A DNA stretch of 60,035 nt, counting the filler, from Diploschistes diacapsis (taxonomy: Eukaryota): the NCBI GenBank assembly GCA_023645945.1. It is 5 parts of 5 records of this genome, joined end to end, with 100 filler letters (N's around TTAATTAATTAA, not from the genome) between each part and the next. Parts side by side here need not be neighbours in the genome. Positions count along the whole stretch, not along the records: positions 30,265 to 37,652 come from JALAIB010001291.1; positions 37,753 to 45,135 come from JALAIB010001292.1; positions 45,236 to 52,614 come from JALAIB010001293.1; 2 more parts are not named here. The stretch is one strand, 5' to 3'. Positions within the stretch are counted from its first letter, which is position 1, and each line of letters begins with the position of its first letter. The notes under the pieces were generated by a model that worked only from the letters and a program-made list of their open reading frames with translations, was not told where the DNA came from and did not search any database. Both the position numbers and the translations under genes were made by a program. Of the stretch, positions 35,924-48,472 are shown one piece after another.

Positions 35924-37652
35924 AGCTATTGTATTCACGTACGGTAAGCGTATTTTGTCTCTCAATCAGGGAAGTCAGTTGAACTAGGGGTTCTGGGGAT
36001 GGTGGGAGTTGTGTGTGATGTGATGGTGAGTTGTTGTGAAGAAGAGAAGGAAAAAAGACTGAGAGCGAGGGGCGATGTTTATATCGGCTAGCCGCTTTGA
36101 GTTCCCCTGGTAAATCTAATAGGACAGGTCTAAGCGGCAACATAGGATGGCAGGCTTGATGTTGTTTACTTGTAAGGGCGGCAAGGGAACGAACAGGAAA
36201 CTCGCAGGGAAGACACAGGGAAGACAACGGAGAGGATGCAAAGAGTAAGAAAAGGGTTTGCGGTGGGACATGCAAACGCAGATAGGACGGAGAGAATGCA
36301 GAGATGTGTTCAAGATGGTACATATGCGAGACAAAACTCGTCTACGCGCCTGGCACTCTCCTTTCTCTTTACAAAAGCTGGCCCCTGTATAAGGTGGACA
36401 CGACGTGATGTCGGCGTGTACTGCCATAGTTAGAAAAAGAAATAAGTGGACGGCAGCAGCACCGAGGATTGGCTTCCCATCAGTATGTGGCTGGAGCTTC
36501 GATAATGCAGTTACAGCTGATCTGATCAGCTACTGTTTGGTCCTAGATGTCCAAAGCGTCCCTCGTACTGATAGAGAAAAGAATAGGACGACTCATGGAT
36601 ACCACTCTCCCAGCGTCCACAAACACCAGATACTCGTATATATCCAGGGGGGTCTCCGTGTACCTAACAGCACATACCTCCTGCAACGCCCTCCAATCCA
36701 CCACACTTCTCCATCACCTTCCCAACAAAAGGCACCGTTTGCGGCTCACAGACTCACCATAGACCACAGTCATGCAACCGATAGACAATGCTCCGGATCC
36801 CACCCACCAACATGACATCTTCCATCCCCTCTCCGATCCAGCCTCAGGACACAGAACAGAAACCCCAACACCTATTCCCCCATCATACCACCTCCACAGC
36901 CTCCAGGCCCATACCGACCATGATACCTACCGTGGGGTATGGGGATACCACCGTATCAACGGCCCTCAATAAAAAATTTTGGCTGCTGTTGATATTGCCT
37001 GTTATTCACTCTTGGCTGGTCAAGAGGACAGCGGTGGTGTAGAGGGAGTGGTTGGGCGCGAGGGAGAACTAAACTAAGAGAGTGCTGGAGCGAAGAAGGC
37101 TTGGCTCTGAGGCGAGACAGTATCCTCCGTACGCCCCCCTGCGGCTCTGGATAGGAGGGTTTCCTGGAGGGTTGAGATCGGGCCCCCCCCGTCTCTGCAC
37201 GGCCAAGGGAAGTGGTATGTATGTATGGTGTGGAATGGAGCATGATGGGCTTTTCGGGTTTGCTCGCTGTATGAATGGAGGAAAGGCGGTGTGCGAGAGG
37301 GCAGATGGGAAGCGTAGCACATAAAACCGGGGGGTAGATGACGGCAGATGACGGCGGATGGAGACAAAGGGGGTTGGACTGAACGAATGGATCAGTCAAT
37401 GAAGGGATGGACAAGTGGGTGGATGAATAGACGCATGGATGAATGTACGGAGAGGCGCGCCGGGGGCATGGATGAGAAGCTGTATTTCGCTGGGTAGGGG
37501 GTATCATAAATCAAAACCACAAGCCTGAGACTACCAACGCTGAAGCCTGAATCCCTCGTCCCCGTTTCACTTCGCCTTTTCCCTCTTCCCCTTCCTATCT
37601 CCTCTTCTTCTCCTTCCCATCCCCTTCCCGTCCCCCTTCCCCTGCTATTTCC

Positions 37653-37752
37653 NNNNNNNNNNNNNNNNNNNNNNNNNNNNNNNNNNNNNNNNNNNNTTAA
37701 TTAATTAANNNNNNNNNNNNNNNNNNNNNNNNNNNNNNNNNNNNNNNNNNNN
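37653..37752. other. Assembly spacer
   Basis: N-run containing TTAATTAATTAA. Confidence 0.97.
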
Positions 37753-37897
37753 TGTAGTTGAAAACAGATTTAGTTTCGTACAAATAATTTTATGTGTGGT
37801 TGTGGGGCTCAAAAGCTCGCTTAAAACTATCTAGCGCAATTACATTATAATGTAGTGAACCGCTTTGTGGGGTGATCCGTTATGTGGTGGAACACGT
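37753..37897 (-). mobile_element. Second copy of the 209-bp Tc1/mariner MITE, truncated by the gap
   Basis: Reverse complement of 1919-~2063 with two C/T differences that I could see. It ends ...AACACGT followed by TA. Confidence 0.9.
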
Positions 37898-38107
37898 TAT
37901 CACCATGTCAGGGATGCAGGTATTATGTGGAGAGGGAGCAGTGGTTCTAGCCTTCTTGGTACTTTGATTGATTCTCTAGGGTCTGGATACAAAGGCTTAG
38001 CCCTCCCTCCCGCATCCTAACATACGTATTCTATTTCAAGTTCTATAACGCCCGGTATAACCTTGGCAGACGATCTTACAGCTTATACGTGCTCTAGCAG
38101 GCAGCCC

Positions 38108-39353
38108 TCACAACAGCGTGTCGCCCAGCGCACACCTGACGAGACTGCATCCAGCTCTGATCGTCTGCTCCGCACCCAAGAGTTCCAGGCTCGGATTAAC
38201 CTCAACAAGATCCATGGCGACCAAGCTGCCCGTCTCGGCGACCGATTCAGCGATGAAGTCTCCCTCTCGGAGGGTCAAGCCGCCGCGGACTGGGGTACCG
38301 GTGCTGGGAGCCCACTGCGGGTCGAGCGCGTCCACGTCGAAGGAGAGATGTATGGGCGTATCGGTGCCGATGTGAGCAAGCGCGAGCTCCATGACGCGAC
38401 CGATGCCCCACCTGCAAATTTTGAGTCAGTCTGTTTTTTCCTATAGATTGCGAAAGCGGAAAAGGTGAAGGCATACTTGTCGATATCATGCATGCTAAAC
38501 GCCTTGATTCCATACTTCCGCAGAATTGCCTTCTCTCCTTTGTCTACATCTCGCAGACCAATATACACCAGCTTCTTCGTGCTCACCACCCCCTCCGCCG
38601 CGTTCGTGCCCTCGCCCCCGTTAGGAATGCTTTCCCCCATCCTGTCCCTCCCGGTCCCAGTTCCCCCCGAACCATTCGCTGCTCCCACCCCATTGCCATT
38701 CGCCCCCTTCTTGGGACTCGTATTCACCCACCCGAACATACTCTCATCCTCTTCCTTCGCAATCCCCGTCAGGAATGCCAGGGGCATTCCGTGTATGCTC
38801 CCGCTGTCGCTCGTCTCCGGCGTGTTAATGTCCGCATGCGCGTCCACCCAGATAACCGCCAGTTCTCTGCCCAGCCTCTCTTTGATCGCCTTGGACGAGC
38901 CTGCAATGGTGCCGATAGCAATGCTGTGGTCACCGCCCAGCGTGAGCACGAGACGGCCCGTGGCGGCCTGCTCGTACACTTGCTGCGAGAGCTGCTGCGT
39001 GACTGCGGAGACGGCGCGGGGGTTGTTCATGCCGCGGTGTGGGGGATCGGACTCGGGAAGGTTGTTAGAGTAGTTGTGGACTTTGCCATCGTGGTAGATC
39101 TTGTAGCCCAGGTCGTTGGTGAGCTGAGTGAGGAGGCCGGTCTCGAGGAGTGCGGTGGGGGCGGCGTCGACGCCGGCTAGGCACTGTATAGGCAGAGAGT
39201 TAGTTAAAGGCACAGATGGGTTGTTTCCCTGAGGAGCATTGGATTTGAGCGGAGTGGGGACTGTACCTGGCCGCCGGAGAAGCCCACACAGACGACGCCC
39301 AGCTCCTGGGGCCTGGATAGGAACTTCTGCTGGAGTAATGCAGGTTGAATCAT
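38108..39353 (-). CDS. CAR1: Arginase, 3 exons
   Basis: VGFSGGQ, LGGDHSIAIG, WVDAHADINTP..SGSIHGMP, YIGLRDVD, HLSFDVDALDP..PSTGTPVRGGL, DLVEVNP. Confidence 0.96.
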
Positions 39354-39813
39354 TATAGCTGATAAGGGATCAGGAAATGCAGAGAAGAAGAATAAAAAAG
39401 GACAACAGGTACGAAGTGAATGATCCGAACAGGACGAAGCGGCCCACAGAATGGAGCGGGAAAGCCACTCGTCGGCAGAAATGTCTCGATACAAACCCAG
39501 AGTTGCATTTTGGTGAAGCCGAGGGCAGCCGACGGCGATCCCTGATTACGTAACACCTCCCTGTCACATACAACCTTATTGAATATCATCAACATGGTGT
39601 ACGAGTTGTTATTAACCTCTAAAAGGGGAAAATCCCCCCCTGTATAAGAGCAGTAATGTATTTGATATAACTCATTTGACTGAAATTGGTATATATTGAA
39701 CGTTACGTGTTCGCTAATCTGAGATCCCAATATTCTGTATTTCACTACTCCGGCCTCTCCTGTCTACTGCTCTCTTCTCCAAGAACTCAACCAGCTCGTG
39801 AGCATAGCTTCTT

Positions 39814-42267
39814 TCAATCGGCAGGAGTCCCGCATGTTCCTGTCGGAAAGCTCCCTGCGGGGAAACAACTAGGCTCGAACGAGGAGTCCTGGGACCAGGT
39901 CCCATTCGAATTCAGAGTTGCAGGAGTCGTAAAGCGGAGCAATGTGCCAGCCTGTATTGCACTTGCTGTCCCATTGGCGACTTGTAGCCACTCGTTATCT
40001 ACATTCGAGTTGTACATTGTCAGTCATGATCATCGTCCTGATGAACTAGGGTTGAACTCACTTCCATCATCATCGTTGCCCTGAACGCCAGTAGTAGAAT
40101 TTGCCCCTCCATCTCCAGTTGTTAGGTAGTAAAAGTTGATATTCCCGGGGCTCTGAGCAGAGTAAGTGACAATAAAGTGTGTCAGTTGCGCTGACCCATC
40201 CAGAAGCAAATATTCGACGGAAAGATGGTTGTTGTTGTCGATCTGATAGTAGATGCCTCTGTAATTCTGTCCATCCGAGTACATGTAATGCCACCATGGC
40301 ATCGCCGTACCTGGTGCAACAATATACGAATAGAGAGCCTGAGGGGTATCTATGTAGCCGTCGTCAGTGAATTCACCAGTCGTGATGGACAGTAGTCCGT
40401 TAGTGGTGATCGAAATATTCGGCGAGGTCTCGGTATAAAGGGTCAAGTTGAATGGCAGTGTAAGTAGGTACTGTGATTCGTCTGCCGCTGTGTTGACGAG
40501 TGTGGTCGGACTTGATAATAGCAGTCCTCCATTTTGCGTTGTCGACGAGCTTGAAATAGTGGAAGCACTTGCGGATTTGGTCGAGTTATGGATGGTGGAG
40601 CTTATGGAAGATGAGCTCTCCATAGAAAAAGGAATCGTAGTAGTAGAGCTGCTGGTCATTGAAGGCAAGCGAGAACTAGAAGTCAACGAAGGCCCAAGAC
40701 TGGTAGACGGTGCAGTCGGAGTTACAGCATCCACCCGAGACGCACTCGATAGAAGCTGGAATGAGATCAAGCTTGTTGGTTTAAAGGACGATTGGGTTGA
40801 CATGGTTCTCGCGGAGAGAGTGGACGGCCGTGTAGATGACAGGAGAGAAGAGTGGGTGGAGGAAGGGGTCCTTGGGGATGGACTTGCAATACTGGTCCGA
40901 GTGGAGAAGCTACTGAAAGCAGTATGGTAGATGCTTGAAGTAGCACGGCTGCTTGAAGTAATATGGCTGCTTAGTGCTGTCACTTTACTCGACGAGGTGG
41001 ATCTCGTAGAGGATGGGAGCCCAGTCGATGATGGCGGAGAGCTTGAAGACGGTAGACTGTGCGAACTTGATGCCAGGTTTGGCGATGACCCTATCAAGGG
41101 CGATTGATGACTTGAGGGCGCTATAACTCGCGTAGTAATTATAGAAGATCCCGGAGAAGAAGTTGAACTTTGACGTGAAAAAGATGAAGTATGGACTGAA
41201 CTAGACGAGGTTCGGCTCGAAGTACTCGTCCAGGCAGGAGTTGTGCTTGAGAGGGATCCTCCGACTACGCTGTATCGATAAGCTACAGTAGATGACAAAA
41301 GAGCAGATGGCCGACTGGGAGAAGCCGAGGGCGAAAACAGAACCGAAGAGGCGATGTCTGAAGATGAGACTGCGGCCGTGGATGCGTTAGATTTAGTAAC
41401 GGAGCTAGAGATCATGGCGCTCGTCAAAGGGGTTGAGGAGCCCAGGCTCGAATTAAGGTTTGCAGGCTTCGGGGCCAGGGATACGGTAAAAGGAAAATTA
41501 CTGCTGGAGTTCCGGAGAGCGCTCATCGCGTTTGTTGTAGAGGATATTGGCGCGGCAGAGATCGTAGATAGTGCGCTAAACTCAACTCAGTATTGGCCCT
41601 AACGGCTCTTCAATCCTCATATCGACAGAGGGCACATACGGCGATGACAGAATCATAACGGAACCAGAGCTGATCGGCTCGATAGTATAGCTCGAAACCC
41701 CACTGCTCCGACACCCATATAAACAGGGCTCCTTCTCGTATATTTGTAGATAGCCGTCTCCACCACATACTTCAGAAGAATTACCAGGGCACGAAGCATT
41801 GCAATTGCTTTGCTCTGATACTAGTATCGAAGGCATTTGACTGCCACAAGCGCACACGCTTCCTTTATTAAATATGTTAGAGTTTAGCCACAGATGATCT
41901 TTGCAGCGGACGTACCCTGCAGCAAGCTAAAATACTGGAAATCTGCACAGTTGTTGGCACAATATGTAGGTGTAAGTGACGAGATATTGAACTCGAGACT
42001 GTTACTAAGGCTGTCGGTCAACTCTATGAAGCATCCGGTCCAGTCGTACACTGCACCCTGGTCATTGAGAACCTTGTTAGCGATGTCGAATGCGCCTGAC
42101 TCTGTCGAGGACATGTTTCGCCCAGGCGCTGTTAGTGTGGGGCTCGCTGGCGCAGGGCATGATCCTCCCGTCTGTTGTACTGTGGTTGTGATAGAAATTC
42201 CACTCCCGAGCTGACTCGCGCCGGCAAGCGTGCAAATGGACAATAGTAGTCTCGTGCTAAAGGCCAT
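39814..42267 (-). CDS. Secreted WSC-domain, Ser/Thr-rich protein with a C-terminal beta-rich (NIDO-like) domain, 4 exons
   Basis: Signal peptide, WSC cysteine pattern (WTGCF..LTPTYCANNC..C.CG..CNASCPGNSSEVCGG), a ~330-aa S/T tract, then LTLPFNLTLY..ITTNGLLSI. Confidence 0.78.
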
Positions 42268-42397
42268 TGCGTGGTCGAAAATGTGTCAATTGACAAGCTT
42301 GCATTCTGAACTTTGGAATTTGTATCTCTGGTGTTAGGCCAGCACGCGTCAGATGGCGTCGGAATGATTATAGCCACTGGAATGCAATCCCCGGGCA

Positions 42398-44430
42398 TCA
42401 AGGTTTGGAATGCGGCCTACTCGCACCAGGGCCGAGGAACGGTTTTAGAGCAGCCGTTACGGTTCCTGTGTCGATATTTCCTCCATATTGCCTAATCATT
42501 TGGCCCACAAACCACTGAAATTTACCCCCTTGGCCTGCCATCGCTTTTGCTGCCATGTCTGGATGGCTTTGCACGAGTTGCTGCGCTGATGTTCTCGCTG
42601 CTTCCATATCGACAATGCGACGGGCGAAATTATCATGGTCGATGATTTCGCAGATACTCCTCTGGTCGCCTTCGAAAACTTTTACTAGAATCTTCTTGGC
42701 TGATTTCAAGGTGATCTTTTCCGAGGCCAATTCTAACAATATCGAAGCCAGCGCAGCTGGTTGCACAGGATTTGCATCAAATGACATGTTCGCAGAGCTG
42801 AGGAGGCCTCCAAGCTCATGAAGAACCCTGATCCGATAAGTAAGTTATCGCCGATTGCATCCTCGTCCTTACCAATTGGAAGCAAGCAAGCCAAAGTCCT
42901 CCTCCGTCCTCCCAGTGCCCATAATGACACTGAGGACTTCCTCGAGGTAATCCAGACGCCGGCCTCCATCCAATGAGACCATAGTCTTTGCGTCCTTGTT
43001 ACTAAGCTTGTGCTTCTCAACAAGAAATTGTATCTGTTCCTGCGGAAGCATTGGTAGTTGGGATTTGACGTAATCGACCAATTCCTGGTGCTTAATCAGT
43101 ACGCCACAAGAAGGGCGAAGCGAATCCTCACTTGGTTGATGTGGAGAGGCAAGATGTCCGGATCAGGCATGTATCTGTAATCGACCTCGCCCTCTTTCCC
43201 TCGCAATTCCCTCGTCTCTGTACTGCCGATGCTCCAAGCCCTCGTCTCGCCAACGATAGGCCGTCCATCGAGAAGCGTTTCGATTTGACGGTTCCTCTCA
43301 GCGACGACCGCATCCTCTACTGATTTGAAACTGTTCAAATTCTTGATTTCCACCCGCTGCCCCAGACCGTCGACACCATGGTACGAATGCGCACCATCTC
43401 GAGTTGACTTGTCAAGGACCGAAACATTGACATCCGCGCGGAGACCGCCAAGCTCCATACCCGTGCTCATGGCACTGACTGACTGCAGAATGCTCTGGAT
43501 CTTCCGTACACAGGCTGCAGCGGTTTTGGGGGTGTGAACATGCGGCAACGTAATAATCTCAATGAGTGGGTGTCCAACTCGGTTGAAATCGAGCAGCATA
43601 TCATTTGGCGGTTGTTGGACAGTCTTTGCGGTGTCTTGTTCTAACTGGATCTGTTTGATACCAACCCTGACGATGCCACCGTTGTCGTCCTCGGGAACAC
43701 CATCAGAAGTGTCGAGGCTCAGGTACCCATCTCTGGCAAAGGGCTCTGGGTGAGAGATTAGATGGGAAGATAGAATGTGAGCTGGAGCCGATATACCGTA
43801 GTACTGGGTAATTTGATAGCCTGCCGGCTGATCCTGGTAGAAGTAATGTTTTCTATCGAACCTGCTGCTTGCATTAATGCGGCAATTCAAAGCCAAGGCC
43901 GCTCTCAACGCCGGCAAGAGAACGGCATGCTGAAATTTCTATATGCCTTAGCAAGGCTGCGTATAGCCTCTCCTCTCCGCTGCACTCACAGGCTGGCTAC
44001 CCGGCAGAGCCAAGTCGAACAGCTCGGCATGAGCATTTGCATCCTCGCTCGAAGCGGTTCCAGCATCTATTTAAGTAGTCAAGCCAGAGCCGACTCGCGT
44101 CCTACTGTACATACGAGAGAAGAGCTTCCGTTCCGTATTCAGCTGCGCATGAACTTCAATGCCCACAGTAAGCTCCCAATCTTCTAGCCGTGGCTTTGGT
44201 GCCTTATCAGCTGATTCTGTATCGGTACATGCAAGCTTCTGTGCCTTTTGCTGGTCTTTCAATTCCTTCCGGAATGGGACTCGGACAGGCCCGACATGAG
44301 CGCCGCTGACACTTTCCAATGCTTCACACTGGCGGAATCCATTTGAGAAGAGTGCGATTGAGGAGTGATGGAAGCAACGAGCACTTCGCTTGGCAGAAAT
44401 ACCGGCTGTGCGAGCTGCAGTCGGCCACAT
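42398..44430 (-). CDS. PET112: Mitochondrial glutamyl-tRNA(Gln) amidotransferase subunit B
   Basis: [72 protein letters not shown]. Multi-exon. Confidence 0.95.
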
Positions 44431-45135
44431 TTGCCCTTCTCTTCAGTATTTAATATTGAATGATTGAGGTTGTTTTAATTTTCGAAGCTTTCTACGCCTT
44501 GCAATTGGCTCACCATGATGACTCAGCTGATTCCCTTCTAGTTACGCTATCTCTAAGTAAATACAACTGGAAGCTCTTCATGCCTATACAGCGACATGAG
44601 CATGTCAGTGTCATAGTTTACGTTTAATGCTTTATTGCAAAGGATTTGATGCTGGAAGCTACAAGTGTATGTCCTCGGCCAAACGGTACTATGAATGCTC
44701 GAATGTATAAGGAGCGTCCTCAGTGCCACAGAACAGCACTGGGTAAAAACAAGCTATATCATCCAGTTTGTTCTCCACTGCAGTGTAGTACTACAATGAT
44801 CCCCTGTGTATCCTCATCCGACCGCGCGTCTCTTCGTTCCCTAGACCCGTCTAGCCTTTCACTCCACCCATCACAGCTACGAACCACGGGCTACGATGCA
44901 TATCCTCCTCCTATGTAAAGCCCATCCAAGTCTGCTCTTAAGAACAAGAACTCAATATCTACCAGCCACATCAGCCCTCATGCGGGCATACGCCCTGCTC
45001 CCCATCAGTACAGCCTCCCACAACAGCCATGCCCTCGAAGCCAGTGGCTCTCCAAACGCCCTCTCATACCACGGAACCCTCAAACCCTCAATGTCTCCCT
45101 CCACTCCCGGCAGCCCCGCATCCCCTCCCTTGAGC

Positions 45136-45235
45136 NNNNNNNNNNNNNNNNNNNNNNNNNNNNNNNNNNNNNNNNNNNNTTAATTAATTAANNNNNNNNN
45201 NNNNNNNNNNNNNNNNNNNNNNNNNNNNNNNNNNN
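45136..45235. other. Assembly spacer
   Basis: N-run containing TTAATTAATTAA. Confidence 0.97.
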
Positions 45236-48200
45236 GGCGTTCCCCAGTCCCCGGGTCATAGACGAAATGATAGTGCTATCATTATCACGCAGTGAGTGAG
45301 TCTTGGCAGTAGAGTGGTTAGTTGTACAGTTCCAAACAGAAGCTCATAATCATAAGGCACTACTAGTTTATCAAGAACGGAAGGAGGTATCATCATCACT
45401 CGAGACTTGGACACGATTTCTGTAGTCTCACAGTAGGCCTCTCTTGTTGCTGGCTTGTCACTTGATTTTTCTAACTTTCCAGCAGTCGGCTTCCAGTGGG
45501 TCAGTAGAACGTTCTCAGTGCTAGAGGAAAGTATAAAGCCATTCCTAAGAATAAGCAAGATATGGGATATCTAGTCCAGGTCGGTGGAACTGCTGGAGGG
45601 GAAAGGACTCGGCCAGAACAATGGTGTGTACCCACACACCGATTGTTGATCTGATATGCAGATTCGATATGACGATTCTTCATACATTGGGCTTGTCGAT
45701 GGCAGGAGCTTCTACCGCATGACAAGCAAACAGCTCCTTCTACGGGGTGCTAAGGGGGATCCCCTGAACCTTAATATTAAGTTGCTAAACTGAATTTCCT
45801 ACCGCGCTTTTGACGTCTGCGCCTATGCGGAAGACTGGGCGAAAACAGGACTAGAATAAGGAGGCGGATTGAACGGATTGTAGAAGCCGGTGTATTCTCT
45901 TCCTGCAGCCACTACTGCTTAGCCACTACTGCTTATCGAATATTACTTGGTGGCGCGTTGCACTCGAGCCGCCATTCGCTGAAGCCACACATTTGTGCAG
46001 TAAAATGTAAATGTAAATGTAGCTGTTTTGACATTCGGTCGATCAACCACAGTGGGCCTACCCAGCTATGCAGCTTATCCGCATGAGGCATAACGGGTGC
46101 GCGGTTGAGATAAGTCAGACAAACATCAGCACGTACAAGGGGCTCGATCTGCGATTCCAGATGCCAACCGAAAGACTCCTGATTCCTCGTGATACAGAAC
46201 ACAGAGTAAGATTGCAGAGTTGTCTCGACACATACAGTAGTTGAGACCGGCTATGATGATTAGCTTCGGTATTTGACAGTGTGCATCTTCCGGCTTCGTG
46301 GCTTGGGCCAATCGTGTTCGCGTTCGCGGCTTTTGCTTTGCTTTGTTTTTCTTTGTTTTTCTTTCGTCTCTTTTCGTTTCTTTTCGTTCCTTTTCTCCCC
46401 ACCAGTTGCGAAAACAAGCTCAGCCTGAGGTCAAGTTTAATTTATCTTAATCTATTTGAATTTATTTGAATTTAATTTTCTTTTCTTCTCTTCTCTTCTC
46501 TTCTTTTCTTCCTTTTCTTCCTTTTACTTTTCACGAAGGATAAGGATAACTTTAATTTCGAGGTCCATCCACCCACCTACTCACGTAATTCTCCTGTAGT
46601 ACTTACCTAGTAACCTACAGAAACAGACCGCCACCGGCTAGTGTACTTTCCAGACTTCCACTGGCAGCTGTCTATAGTATCATAGTTGGCTATTTTGTTC
46701 GTGCGTGCTTGAAAACTGGAGGGCCAAGCGCAAGCCGGAAGTTTCGTCCCAACTTTCCGCAGCACACCCACAACGTACAGAGTACTCTGGACAACCACGA
46801 CCGAAGGCTGGAGCTTGGCAGCCAGTCCGTGCAAGGACGGAGACACGGATCGTCACGACACGATGGAGAAGGGAGAAAGAAGGTCATTTGCGTGTTGTGA
46901 GATCATCGGCTCTAATGATCCCATATCTAGAGAGTTTTTGTGACTTGGTATGAGCAGCCCCTTCTTCAAGCATGATTGACGAGCTGTAGATGGCAACTCA
47001 AAACAACAACTCCCGATCTGCCATCTAATAACACTGAGTTTTCGTTCAAACCCAAAACTCAAAACCCCCAACATACACAGTGCGGCGGCCAAGCCCGTAG
47101 CATGACCTTCTGTCGTCCCCCCCCCCCCTTTTGGCCCTCCTCAGCCATTTCCCGGCCAGATATCGATTGATCACTATTATGCCAAGTAACTTGGTTCTTT
47201 TATACTCACAACACCTACATTCAGTATTGTAGTCAAGAGCGTTCGATCCGGGGGTCTCTCCCTGAACGACCGTTAGCTGTCAAAAGCGGTGGTGCTTCGC
47301 TCTGAGCTCTGGCCTTGTCCATGGGGACCACGCGCAGAGCCGGGATTCTTTCTTTCTAAGACATTCTATCTCATCCCCCCTTCCCACATCGTGGTTTGTT
47401 AGCCCGTTGACCCTGCCCCCTCCCCAGCCATTCTCCCGGGATTAGTAGTCGGAGATCCCAAAGTCTGAGGAGTGTGCAGTGCCTTTTCAGGGCATGCTGT
47501 AAGATGATTTGAAAGTTGATTCTTAGATAAGGCACACATGCTGCAGCCGGCTTCAGAACCTTAACCTTCTAACCGAGAGTGTGTGTGTGTGGTGGCTTGC
47601 GCGGAAGTTTACTGTTACTTCGAGAATCTGACGATTCCGATCTGAAGGTTTTTGGCGCCTCTGCATCCGTATCACTGAAATAGTTGTCTGCTACTTCACA
47701 CGATTGCCCAGTGGGGGTGGGTACTGAGTGCCATGACAATGATGATGATGACGACGACGACGCTCATATCTCCAAAGGGAGGATTCTTGGCGCAAATCGT
47801 CTACTCTAGCTTTTCTTACCAATCCCCTTTTCGCTTTTCCTTCAGCCAGCCAGCTAGAGCTGGTGTCTATGTACTTTATTTAGTCAATCAATCAACTCTA
47901 ATCAGCTTCTACATAGCGTGACGGCCATTGTCCCCGATCCTGATGGTCCTGATGATCGTGTGCAGGGTCAGGCGTGCAGCTATCCATCGGTGGAGCTGCA
48001 AGCCACAAAAAGAACGCCCAGTCAATTCTCCTATCTCCCCAACTCCCATCTCCCGTCTCCCAACCACCTACCTATCATGCGCAGCAAATGCACTCCTTCC
48101 GAAACCTCCGTTAGCATTTGACGTTGTTGGCGTTGGCGCTTGCTTTGCCTTGCCTTGCCGTGACCTAGTCTAGTGTTGGTCTAGTGTTCTAGTCTAGTGT

Positions 48201-48415
48201 AGTGCGGCCTAGCCTATCCTGGCCTAGCCTGGCAAAGCTCCTGAGACCCCGAGACTCCGTTTATCAGAATCCTCTTCCTTTATTTTGGGTTACAACTTAC
48301 AAACTTCTTCATAGCCACTCGCTCTCCTCGTCGACGACGGTCCGAGTGGGTTTGCAGTAGATTGGATCATCATCGCACTTTATCTGACTGCATTCTGCAG
48401 TTGAGGGGGACCACC

Positions 48416-48472
48416 TTTCCTTTCCTTTTTCCTTTCCTTTTTTCTTTTCCTTTTCCTTTTCCTTTTCCTTTC
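48416..48472. repeat. (TTTCCT)n pyrimidine tract
   Basis: Directly visible. A similar (TTCTC/TTTTC)n tract lies at ~46476-46530. Confidence 0.85.

Noticed and set aside
44880..45135. Minus-strand reading frame emerging from the gap (..WLLWEAVLMGSRAY..)
   Set aside because: It may be the tail of a truncated gene, but it is unidentifiable.
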